Positions 1 through 10,196 of a DNA stretch of 37,501 nt are shown here, in pieces (position 1 is the first letter of the stretch; each line of letters opens with the position of its first letter). A program made the translations under genes and the position numbers. The notes under the pieces were generated by a model. The model was not told the DNA's origin and did no database searches. It was given only the letters and a program-made list of their open reading frames with translations. This DNA comes from Toensbergia leucococca. Its lineage: Eukaryota. Location of the stretch: NCBI GenBank assembly GCA_022813965.1, contig JALDZS010000213.1, positions 1-37,501 on the forward strand, in the 5' to 3' direction.

Positions 1-300
1 ATTGCTCTTTCTGCATCTTGAGAATCTTTTGAGCCGGTTCGTCGGACCACTCATGAAATACATCATGCGTGTGGTATACACGCGCTCCTGTAATTCAGTA
101 GCCAATTGTCGTGATGCACGCTATCTTGATTGAGCAGAACAACTTCTACCATTAAATGGCTTTGGTGTGAAAAAGTTGTAAACTGGTTTGTTAATAGGAT
201 CAGGACGCTTGAAGAGCTCGACCTCTGGCCTGTTTTGAGAGTGTAATGGCTTACGAGTATACCTGGGATTTGCATTGTCAAGTGATAAACAGATGATTGA
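1..300 (-). pseudogene. O-methyltransferase (Methyltransf_2-type) C-terminal fragment, 5'-truncated; runs off the left edge
   Basis: Splicing a GT-AG intron at 149..88 gives SQNRPEVELFKRPDPINKPVYNFFTPKPFNG|ARVYHTHDVFHEWSDEPAQKILKMQK. This matches the fungal OMT consensus LQDRPEV...HDFFTPQPVKGARAYY..VLHDWSD..A..IL. Upstream the frame closes near 310 with no GxGxG SAM motif and no room before the divergent gene at 575. Confidence 0.65.
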
Positions 301-412
301 AAGACTGACTCATGAAGAGCAAAAGTGCTCTTGGTCAGTTTGAAGGCCTCAATCAATGTCTGTTGGAGATTAATTATGTGCAGGTCACTCAATTGATTCA
401 AGAACTCATATA

Positions 413-503
413 TCGCGTCAGACGCGTCATACGCGCTTGTCAATCATCAATAGAACTAAGTACGGATGACTTCGGCAATTACTCGTAAACAAACAAACAA
501 AAC
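413..503 (+). promoter_or_regulatory. Cluster of MCB-like (WCGCGT) boxes plus forkhead-like GTAAACA(AACA)n upstream of the kinetochore gene
   Basis: TCGCGT 413-418, ACGCGT 422-427, ACGCGC 431-436 and GTAAACAAACAAACAAAA from 485. These lie about 70-160 bp upstream of ATG 575. Confidence 0.5.
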
Positions 504-574
504 CTCAATATCCGTACGCATACCGCGAACAACTCTGCAACTCAACATTGAAATTTAATGCGACCCCCATCAAC

Positions 575-1544
575 ATGGCCGACAACCTCGAAGCCACCAT
601 AGCCACCCTAAGCGCCCTCCAAAATCAAGACCTCTCCATCATCCGCCTCAGCGAACCCATCTCCGCCTCCAACCCCGCCTCCACCCCCGCAAAGCGCAGC
701 TCCGACGTCTCCACCTCCGCCTTCGACAACCCCACCCCAGCAAGCCTAGAAGCAGATCTAAGCCACTACAAAGTAAAGCCGCCGCCTCCATCTTCACCGC
801 ACAATTCTCAATTAAACTTTACGTGCGTAGGAATTATTCTCCAAGCTCCGCTTCTCCTACCTCGAACAAGTGACCAAGGAGAAATTTCTGCGCGCCATCG
901 TCGGCGAGCCCCCACTCATTGTCGAGCCGCAGGAGAACGCAGAATTGGAGGCGCAGCTGGCAGAGGTGAAGGGGGTGCTGAAGGCGCAGAAGGAGAATGT
1001 GGCTGCCCTAGTGGTGGAACTGGAGGCGAGGGGCCGGGAGCTGAGTCGACGTATGTGCCCTATTACTCGTCTCGACTCTATAAACTGTCTTGGCTAATCC
1101 GTATTGCGAATACCAGGCTACGAAACAATCTCACTGAGCACAACCCAACTCTCCGCCCTCCCCTCTCAAATCGCCTCGCTAACCACCACCCTCTCCGCCC
1201 TCCGTACCCTTCAAACCCCCCTCTCTGCCCACCCCTCCCTCTCTCTCCCCCTCCCCGCCACTCTCTCCCTCCTCTCAACGCGCCAATCCGAGCTCGATGC
1301 CCTGGACTCCCAGCTCAAGAGCTTGCAACACTCATTGCCGCGTAAAGTGAGGGAGCTGGAGAGGCTGGAGGGGGAGTTGAAGCCGTTGGAGGTCAGGAGG
1401 GCGGGCATGGTGGCTGCGGCGGGGGAGTCGAGGAGGAGGAAGGAGGAGGGGGAGAGGGGGGGTGGGGATGATTTGGAGGTTCGGGGGAGGTGGTATCGAG
1501 GGGTCGAGACGGGGTTGAGGGGGATGTTGGGCGTGGAGGCTTAG
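575..1544 (+). CDS. sos7: Kinetochore protein Sos7/Kre28-like coiled-coil protein; exons 575-772, 831-1050, 1117-1544
   Basis: GT-AG introns 773-830 and 1051-1116 join an open frame containing LEADLSHYK|ELFSKLRFSYLEQVTKEKFLRAIV...ENAELEAQL, the conserved Sos7 coiled-coil signature. The C-terminus is LEVRGRWYRGVE. Confidence 0.85.
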
Positions 1545-2212
1545 GTTGATGGGTCATGGTGTTTTTGGGATTTGCCGGTTCGTGTTCGTTCACATCTTCA
1601 GTCGTCTAGAATTTTAAGGAGGGGAGATGGGTTTGAAAGGGGGAGATCAACGCGTCGTATTTATCTAGTTGTGGGAGCGCAGAGAGGCCGCACAGGTTTC
1701 GCTACAATCTCCGTTGCTTTTTCTTGAATCAAAACCAGTCGTTTCAATAAACTATACCGGCCCCCTTCTAAATGTTTCTAGCACCGACCATTTCAGCGAA
1801 AGCAAGGGATTCGAATCAGAGTACCGGTAAAAACAGGCGATTAAAAAGAAGCCTTGATGGAGAAGAGGGTCTTTCAATGAAAGGGGGGTTGTCGTAGATC
1901 AAGGCAGATTTTCTTTGGAGGAAGTTGAAGAGATCTGTGAGACGGGTTTCTTTCACACGGCCTGGATGAAACGTTCCAAGCTGCATTTCTAAATACATCT
2001 GAGGGGTGCCAGGGCGAAATAATGTTTTGATGTGCCGGAGCGATCCTGAGCCACGCGTATGAGTACCAATTATCAATCATAACCTATCACGCAACGCAGA
2101 GCAGAGTGCTTGATACGCAAACGCTTGGATTTTTCATCTGTCAGCTCAGTCAATCGAACTTTGAAACGCCCATTTACTCCTCAGCTCCACCAGGCTCACA
2201 CAGCCCTCAAGC

Positions 2213-3501
2213 CTACGTTCCTTTCAACCTCCCCCACTCAATCCCCACTTCAATACTAACATCCTCCCCCCCAACAACTTTTCCGCGATCCCACTCCCTC
2301 CCCTCCCCCCGTCCCGCCCACCTAACATCCTCCTCCCTCTTCTTCCCACCACCCTCCCACTTCCCCACCTCCGCCTCCGTAAACCCCGCCTCTCGCAGTC
2401 TCTCCGCCCCACTCCGCTTCCACCTCTCGCGATCTCTCAACGCCTCAAGCGCATCCTCCCAATCGTTGTCCGAGTCCGAGTTCGGGCGCACATCGACGCT
2501 AGGGTCGTAGCTAGAGGCGAAGTGAGAGTCTATGGCGTTGGTGGAGGCGAAGGTGCCGCGGCCGCGAGGGCGAATGAGTGGGGGTGGGGGAGGGCCGATG
2601 ATTGAGTCAAGGGGGTCAGAGGAGGGTGATTGAGGGGAAGGGCTGTGGAGATGGGCGGAGGTACTTGGACGGGAGTCTGCTGGGTGTGTAGCGCGTTTAC
2701 GGGTCTTAGAGCTGGTGATGGAGGGCACTATCGTGTCTGGCGAGGTAGGTAGCGATGGGTCTCGTCGGCGTGACCGGTGTCGCCGGTGGGTTCTGCGAGG
2801 GACCGGTGAGCGAGACCGTGACCGCGAACGGGGCCGGACACGGGATCTTTCGGTCAGCAAGTTTCTTGTTGTCTGTTCTTCTGATTCCGTGGGGCTGCGC
2901 CGACGCCGCCTTCGGTGATGATGCCGGTGCTGGCGGCGCGAGGATTCGGATTCCCTCTCACGGCTATTTTCTTCTTTGTCAACATGCTTTTGACGGTACC
3001 TGTCATCATCATCAGGGCTACCGTCAGCACATTTCCTGCCAGATGCGTATAGGCGATCGCTGTTTCTCCGACGCCCTCGGTTGTCATCAGGTTCGTTTAC
3101 TCGCCGCCGCTTAGCATGACGGTCATCCTCGCCTCTGTGAAGGTCGTCTCGTGATGACCTGTAATTCACCGACTTTACGTCTTGACAGTCTTGGCCTCGC
3201 AGCCGCTTGAGGCGCACTTTCGCTTCCTCAGCTTCCCGGGCCTTTAGAGCAGCATTGTGATTGTCAGTTTCGCGAATGATATTTTTGAGGAACCTGGTGT
3301 TTGGTTTAGGAGCATTCGTTGTTGGTCTAAACAACTTAGCGCTTTTGTTTCTTGCGGGGGACGTGAGGTATATTCTTATGCTCACCTCTTGGGCAGAAAT
3401 GCTTGTAGGCCTACGGTGGAGTATTTGGCGGTGCTGTCTTTGGCGTCCTTGGTCAGAAGCTTTGCGACGTAGTCGTCCGACATATAGTCCTCAGAAGGCA
3501 T
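2213..3501 (-). CDS. Conserved fungal Arg/Ser-rich protein (family often annotated 'pre-mRNA-splicing factor 38B-like'); exons 3501-3386, 3326-2213
   Basis: ATG 3501 MPSEDYMSDDYVAKLL...FLPKR, intron GTGAGC..GCTAAG..TTAG (3385-3327), then PTTNAPKPNTRFLKNIIRETDNHNAAL. An RS/RH-rich middle is followed by the C-terminal DWEDALEALRDRERWKRSGAERLREAGF...VRWAGRGEGREWDRGK. Confidence 0.8.
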
Positions 3502-3644
3502 GATAAGGTCTGATGGTCTGCTACAGAACCCATGACTTATCAGAGGACGAATAGTGACGAGTTGTCAAACAGGACCCTCGAGGCTTCCAAAGGTGCAAAG
3601 GTACCTCGGTGCTCGCTGATGAGAACCGAGTAAAGTTGTCCAAG

Positions 3645-3652
3645 TGACGTCA
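3645..3652. promoter_or_regulatory. Perfect CRE/ATF palindrome TGACGTCA
   Basis: Exact 8-mer about 145 bp upstream of ATG 3501, next to a GC-rich patch. Function is not demonstrated. Confidence 0.3.
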
Positions 3653-4228
3653 GCCGCCGGGCCGCTGGCGCCCTTTTTATTTCGTGCAGCTGGGACATAG
3701 ATTCGCACATTTGTTTACTCTTGCACGTGGAAGTAGCGATAAAGTGTTGAAAGATCAGAATAGGAGGTCAACCTGTAACGACCTTACCTTACATTTAGTA
3801 CTTGCTTCTTCTTGTCACCTTTTTCGTATCCAATTGCGACTGGGATTCGCCACAGAACGTGCAAATATTCACCTCCAACACTAATTTTTTCGCGCAGACA
3901 AAGGGGTACCTAGAGCACATAGTAATCCAAATCTTCTCCAAGTGCAACATTCCTTCTTTTCAAAAGCAGAACTTAAAGAGTTCGCAAAAGGCTCTCGCCA
4001 TACCAAGAATTTCGAGCACTCTAAGACTTATGCATACTCCGCGTATAATTTCCACCTGATCTCTATCATAAATATAAGCCCTTTTGACTACAAAACCCAT
4101 CTCTTCCCTCTTCACGCTTTCTCCTCGTCTCTCCTCGAGTCAATATGAATCTCCACTGGTTGGCCATCGCGGCTATCCTCCCAGTGAATTCCCTCGAAAA
4201 TCTGCTTCGATCGTAACTCCATTCCTGA

Positions 4229-6357
4229 TCAGCCTATCAAATCCTCCCGCACCGGAGACACATAAACATCAAGCCCCCTCCCCGCTCGTTCGCTCTCTCC
4301 AACCTCATTGACAAATCTTCTCATAACCCCCCATTGCGCCTCCTCGCCTCTCCGAACCTGAAAGCTCCATTCTTGCTCCGAGGTCTGGAGTTTGAAGCTT
4401 AGAGCAGTAAAGGGAGGAACATTGGACATTTGCGTTGTTGTGTTAAAGATAGCATCGAGGGATTGGAGATGAAGTGGGATTGGGGGGCCGAGGGTCCATG
4501 ATAGGCGGGGGAAATCGGTTTGGAGGATCCAGAGGCGAGGGATCAGAGAAGGAGGTAGGAGCGGGTGGCTAAGTTCGAAAGGTAATATCGGGTTGATGGG
4601 CACTGGAGAGAGTGTGTTGGACGTGTTGGATAGTGCTAAGGGCTGTGCAGGTGGTGTTGTAGATGGATTAAGGGTCTCTGTGTCGTGCGGTGGTGAATTG
4701 AAATCCTGTGCAGGTGAGTTAGGAGGCAGATATTTGTGTTCCTCGTCGTCGAGTATTGGTTCGAGGCCTAGCATGGAATCGATGCTTGCGGTCCGTACCC
4801 GTCTTCGGCTTGGTGTTGATAGAGCATGAGGGTCTTTTGATTCGGGGCCGAGCTCTGAGTGTCGCAGGTCTGAAGGACTGGCCGCTACTGTTGGGCTGCT
4901 TGTACCCCTCAGAGAAGACACCAAGGCGTTGTTTTGCTTAGTCTTGCGCAACAATGGCGAATCAAGACTGTCAGTACTCTTCGAAAGGCTTGTCGAAACA
5001 TCTCCGTGTGAAAAATATGTGGTGAGAGTGCGCTGTTTCGATGTACCAGCTGCGTGACTATGAATTGCCTGAAATGGCGTTGAGACAGAGTTAATCATTG
5101 AGTGCTGGTCGTGGGTCCCGGTCTTGGGTGTCTGCTTCTTGTTCGTGGTCTGGCAAGTAGAGGGTGTAAGTTCTTTTCGTCTTTTGGCTAGGTGGGGGCA
5201 TGAGTCTTCGCTTCCTTCCTCGGCTGACTCGCATGCATTATTCCTGCATGGTTTTCCGGTAGAGCTGCTAAAGGTTTCTGCTTGTCGAGATTTGGCTTCC
5301 TCAATGTGCTCCTCGGAGCCATTGGAAATGTCATCTCGTCGTGTTTCTAGTCGAGACTCCACGTTTCTTCGCTTCTTTGTAGACTTCTCTGTCTGTGGGA
5401 GTTGCGATGTCGACCGCATACTGATAGGTTCAGTCAAATCATTGCTCAAATTTTCTGAGACATCGGTAGGCAGCACGTCTTCTTCGCGCTCTCTCGAGAT
5501 TCTGCAACGCTTTCCATTACTTTCTGTATATTCGACATTAGATCTTAGAGTAGGGTACTCGGCTTACGGTGATGCCCCATAGAGATCATCTTCACTCATC
5601 GTTTTCAACAGCTCTCCGTTGCCGAAATCAGACTTTCGCGTAGGATCAACAAGGGGAGATTGATGTGACTGTGGTTCGGGCATATCACCATCAAGTTCGG
5701 AAAACGGATTGTCAACTTTACGACTCTTCTTTCGAAGACCGTGTCTTCTTGAAGTCGCCGACTCAACTCGTGTGTGCGTGTCATCATGTTGATTGAGGTC
5801 GTCACTGTTCTGGGGAATCCGGTGTGTCAGAGTTCTTAAACGAGCAACTTGACCGACTTGACCGACGACTTACCTGTTCAAGGACGGTGAAGTCGTACAC
5901 CCGATCATACATTTGATCAAATCTGCGCTGCTTTCTTCTCTTGTTGGTTTTGCGCCATTGTTGCACTTTCGTAAATATTCGTTCCACGCCAAGTAGAATT
6001 CTATCATCTTTGAGTATGTTGCAATGCATTAACTTCAAAGAATTTGTACCTTTCTGCGTCTCTGGGATACATGTATACAGGGCTTGCATCATCGCTCTCG
6101 GGCGAGCTCCAAAATGATCTTCCAGGTGGTACAAAAGTTCCGTTTTTAGCCCAACCGTCTTCAAGATATTCTTTCGCCATTTCGGCTATTAAAGCAGAGG
6201 CTACCTCCTCAGTCTCTTCTGATGTCAAGTCCCAATCGTTGGCTTCTTCACAGACGTCCCAGAATTTTTTGACTTCCAGTCGTAGCTTTTTCTGACTAAC
6301 AGTATTCAACCGAAGCTCACCACGGCAAATATTTTCAAAACTTGGGAGTCCGCCCAT
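4229..6357 (-). CDS. Hypothetical multi-exon protein A (helical N-terminal module, long disordered linker, C-terminal beta-grasp-like module)
   Basis: ATG 6357 (MGGLPSFENIC). Introns at 6049-6001, 5873-5810 and 5567-(5520 or 5502; acceptor ambiguous) link ORFs 6004-6522, 5802-6164 and an internal exon to the 415-aa ORF 4229-5476. Confidence 0.7.
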
Positions 6358-7182
6358 TGCGAAGTGTAATGCAAAAGTACCTGAAAATAAATGAGAAGAA
6401 ACGAAGAAGGTGATGTTCAGTGTATTGGTAGTCATCTGGTACTCAATTGGTCGGTGCGCCAGCTCAGGTACGACTGCGGCACAGAGCATGGGTATGGTGT
6501 GAGCCTTGCCGTCTCGTCGCAATCTGCCGGTTCTAAGTGGTTAGAAACTCCAAGGGGCAGGGGTGGCACAGCCTTCTCCCATGCATGATCATTAAATCCC
6601 ACTGCATCGTAAGAGCTCACAGTCGTATTGATACTTTCAAACAAGAGATGGTCTCTTAGCTGAGAGCCATCATGCGTGTGCTATCAAAACTCATCGACAA
6701 TTGTGGTGCAAAAGAGCACACACAATGCATATACAACACGTTTGCTGTCTCAGCATACAACTGAAGATCGATTCTTCATAAAACAGACGTATTTGTGGTA
6801 AGCGCAATGAGGCATACCTGCTTGTCACTTCAACGCCGCCGACGTCAGAATGTAGCAGGGGACATGAAATGATTGGATCTCAGATGGGGGACAAGATCCG
6901 CGTGGGCCTGCATAGACAGGTAAGAGAGGGCAGAATCAGTAAGTAGGCTTGCATATGGTGGTGGCAGAGGAAGAACTGTGAGAGGTTGTGGCCAATAGTG
7001 GGGTGGAGACAGCCTGACAGGCAGGCGCTTGATGAAACGACTTGACCCACATTCAAGCCTCCTTGGCTTGAACCTACCCGAGCTCGCCGAAGTCCCCTCG
7101 AGCCTCGTACCAACATTGACCGAACGATCCAAAGAAAACCCATGAGCCAATGTACGATAGCTGCTCCTATCAGCTTACCGAC

Positions 7183-9178
7183 CTAGAAGTCAATCTCGAT
7201 ATCATCAAATTGTGGTTCCATATGCAACTCAAAGCATTCGCTCGGCATTTCTTCCTGCAGCACCCTCTTCATCGCCCTTTTAATCATGTCCACCACCTTT
7301 TGGTAACCATCTTGGTCCTCTCTCTGAACCCGATATTCCGACTCTCCTTTTGAGTGTGTCAGGTATAGCTTGAGTTGATGAAATCCGGAACGAAGAGAGT
7401 TGCTTTCAGTCACCTTCTCAAAAAGTGATTGAACATTGTGCTCAGATAATTTTCCGTATTCCCATCTGACCCACTCACCACCCCGGTTAAGAACGCAGAG
7501 CTCAAGCGTCGCTTTCTTAATTGGGATAGATTGCAATTCGATAGCCGTGGGCCTGTTTGTAGAATCTGCGTTGTAGGTTCGAGGTCTCTTCGTCAGAACC
7601 AGGTCATCTAAATCTGGATGCTGCCTTTTTTTTGACACGGATGATTCGTGTTGGCCAGATCTACAATTAATCAAGGAGTCTGTTAAAGTACGTCCATCTG
7701 TCCTCACGAATCTATCCCCAAGTCGGGCCTCTCTGCCAAAGTTGGTGGTAGGGGGTGGTGACATGAGCTTGGTAGTGTATGTGGTTGCGTTCTCTCCCGT
7801 AGGCTCAGCATTTGATAAAGCGTAAGACTGGACGACTGCATCGTTTTCATCTCGTATTATACCTCTACCGGTCGACACGGTCGGACTGCGACTGGCGTAA
7901 TAATCAGAGGTCGAAGCGAATGGTATTGTATGCCTCGAGTCTTGATACAAGCGCACACGACTTCGAATGTTTGCCGGCGAAGGAACTTTGCTAGTCCTCG
8001 CCGCTTCTCTATCTGAGAGACCTTGCGTGTATGTTTCGGTTGACGTAGCAGATGGAATGGACTGTTTGTTTTTGGGTTGAGTACTTTCTCTGGCGCTGGA
8101 AGAGATGATCTCGGCACTTACGACTTCTGGCGTCCTGCTGGATGCCTTTTGGACTCTTCGGGATGCACCTGAGGATTCATAGATCCGTTTACCGGGGTTC
8201 CCTATCCCGTGGGAACGTTTCACGAGCGTGAAAGAGTCATCGTCATGGATTACAGACCAAGTGTGAGCAGCATCGCGTTCGTAGACGCATGGCAGCAGTG
8301 ACTTGAGGCCATGATCGTTCCAGTCCACGTACCATCCTGCAGGTCGCCCTTCGCTCTTCATTTTCCAAGAGACCCAGAATATAGTCCCAATTGGGAAGCG
8401 GGAGTAACCGTTATTGAACGTGATGGGCCAGCTGAGTTTCTTGCCAGCTTTCCTCTTCTCCAGCTCAGGAGACTCGGCCTTTTTTCTTTCCGGCTCATGA
8501 GATTCAAAGTCAGACTGTGTTTCCCGAGCCTCTTCACTTGGATTGTAATCAGAGACTGTGGATGAGGTCTTTCGAAGAGATAAGTTGATGGATGAAGACC
8601 CCGCAACGTTTTGAGTGGTGTCCTAGACTTGGTCATTAGCTGACGATACTACCGGTGTTGGTGGAAATAGACAAACCTCTCTCAAAGACTGTCTAGATCT
8701 GAGGCGATTTTTTTGTTTCTAGAATTGATCAGACTTCATCAATGCCTGAAATACTAGACAAAGTATTTACCTTTCTCCAGTTCTGACAGGTGAAAAGCAA
8801 CGCCCTCCGTAAAATACGAAAGCTCGATATTTGTCTGAGGGAAAATCAGTCTTCAGTTTGTGACAGAAACGGCACTACATACTCGTTCACAGGCCGGTCT
8901 TGATCAAATTCAGGAGCATCAGTATCAAGATGTGAACGATTTCTTTTGCCCCAGTACATAGGCCCCATCTGTTCCAGAAGCATTTCAAATTGTATGTTAA
9001 CTTCAGCTTCGTCGACTGCACAGTTCAGGCTTCTTCTAATTAGATGGTCAGGATCTTCTTGAAAGTTTTTTAGCTCATGATGTATTTCTCGTCGTTGTCG
9101 AGCATTTTCCTTCAAACCTAGTTGAGTAAGGTATTCATCGACCGTCTGAGGAATGTTTTCGATTTTATTAGAGGGCAT
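7183..9178 (-). CDS. Hypothetical multi-exon protein B, 613 aa, probable paralogue of A; exons 9178-8883, 8834-8771, 8718-8677, 8622-7183
   Basis: ATG 9178 (MPSNKIENIP). Three GT-AG introns (GTATGT..CTGAT..CAG; GTAAAT..CTGAT..TAG; GTTTGT..GCTAAT..TAG) give one stop-free frame of 1842 nt ending in ORF 7183-8361. Confidence 0.8.
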
Positions 9179-9252
9179 GGTGTCGCGAAGTATGCAGCAT
9201 AGAAACTGGTAGGCGCAGAGACGGGTGTGCACGTCGTGCGCGGGGTACAGCT

Positions 9253-9318
9253 GAGCAGAAATGTGGGTTGAGTTAATATGCGGGTGTGCGAGGAGGACGG
9301 CCGAGCAGAAATGTGGGT
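9253..9318. repeat. Exact 16-bp direct repeat GAGCAGAAATGTGGGT, two copies 50 bp apart
   Basis: Copies at 9253-9268 and 9303-9318, 75-140 bp upstream of the ATG of gene B. Confidence 0.85.
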
Positions 9319-10196
9319 GCAGCTGTGCAGGCACGGTAGGTAAAGTGGCTTTGGACTAGCATAGCGAGCGCGAGGAGGGACTGCTGGTCTCGCGCGACCG
9401 CGAAACCTCGTATTTAGAATAGCGGCGAGGCGGCGCAGCCCAGGCAGCCAGGCTCCGGGCAAAGGTAGATCAAGTGTATGACCCGCATATAGCTTACCAC
9501 CTTCAAGAAAACAAAAATTGGTATCATAAAGGATTCTGACATGATCATTTCCTTCATCAGCGGTTCGATATTCATATCAGCTCAGTATACTAATCAGAAT
9601 ATGCAGACCAAGCAGAGCAGCCGGCGACGCAGGCAAGCAGAACCTTGGACGCGCTACCTATGACAATGCCGGGATCGAGGACTATTCTACCGCGTCACAA
9701 TCGAGCTTCGTAATTCGAGTGGGCCTTCCCGTAAGCTGGAATGATTTTCTCTATGCCGTCCTTTTTTTACCACACTTATCGACAAGTAGCCCTTGGCACC
9801 AACGTCTCGGTCCATGGCAGGTGAGATTTTATACCGAGAGACTAGGTATCGAGAACGATGTTTAGTATCAAGAATGAAGAGCAGTTTGACGTGCATATTG
9901 AATTTTTGACATTATGAGCTCGTTCAAAATAGCACTCATCATAACAGAAGCTGAGCGGCAAGGAAATCTATACAATAATAGGGTATAAGTGAACACTATC
10001 GCTTCCATCATGTATATATCTATGACTCGAAGACTTTAGAATGGATAGTTATATGTGAACCTGCGCAATGCTAAAATCTTTGCGATATAACAGAGCAGAA
10101 TGCCACACTCTCAGGTTTCAAAGGGAAGCGATCCACAGCTAATGAACGATGCTGGTATGTAAGGCAGCGGGATAGAAGTATCCCTAGCCTCTTAGA

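Noticed and set aside
548..1345. 265-aa ORF as a single-exon gene
   Set aside because: It reads through intron 1 of sos7 into a wrong frame; the spliced model recovers the conserved motif.
1807..1817. GGATTCGAATC as a tRNA T-loop/B-box
   Set aside because: No cloverleaf stems or A-box in the flanks.
1816..2080. Short minus-strand ORFs between convergent genes
   Set aside because: No recognisable motifs or splice support; likely 3' UTR or terminator sequence.
3605..3640. CTGATGAG in a small hairpin as a hammerhead ribozyme core
   Set aside because: No stem II followed by GAAA and no stem III or cleavage triplet.
6845..7150. ORFs between genes A and B
   Set aside because: Short, overlapping in two frames and with no domain-like pattern.
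9467..9478. AGATCAAGTGTA resembling U2 snRNA
   Set aside because: The match stops before the GTAGTA branch-pairing sequence and the flanks do not fit U2.
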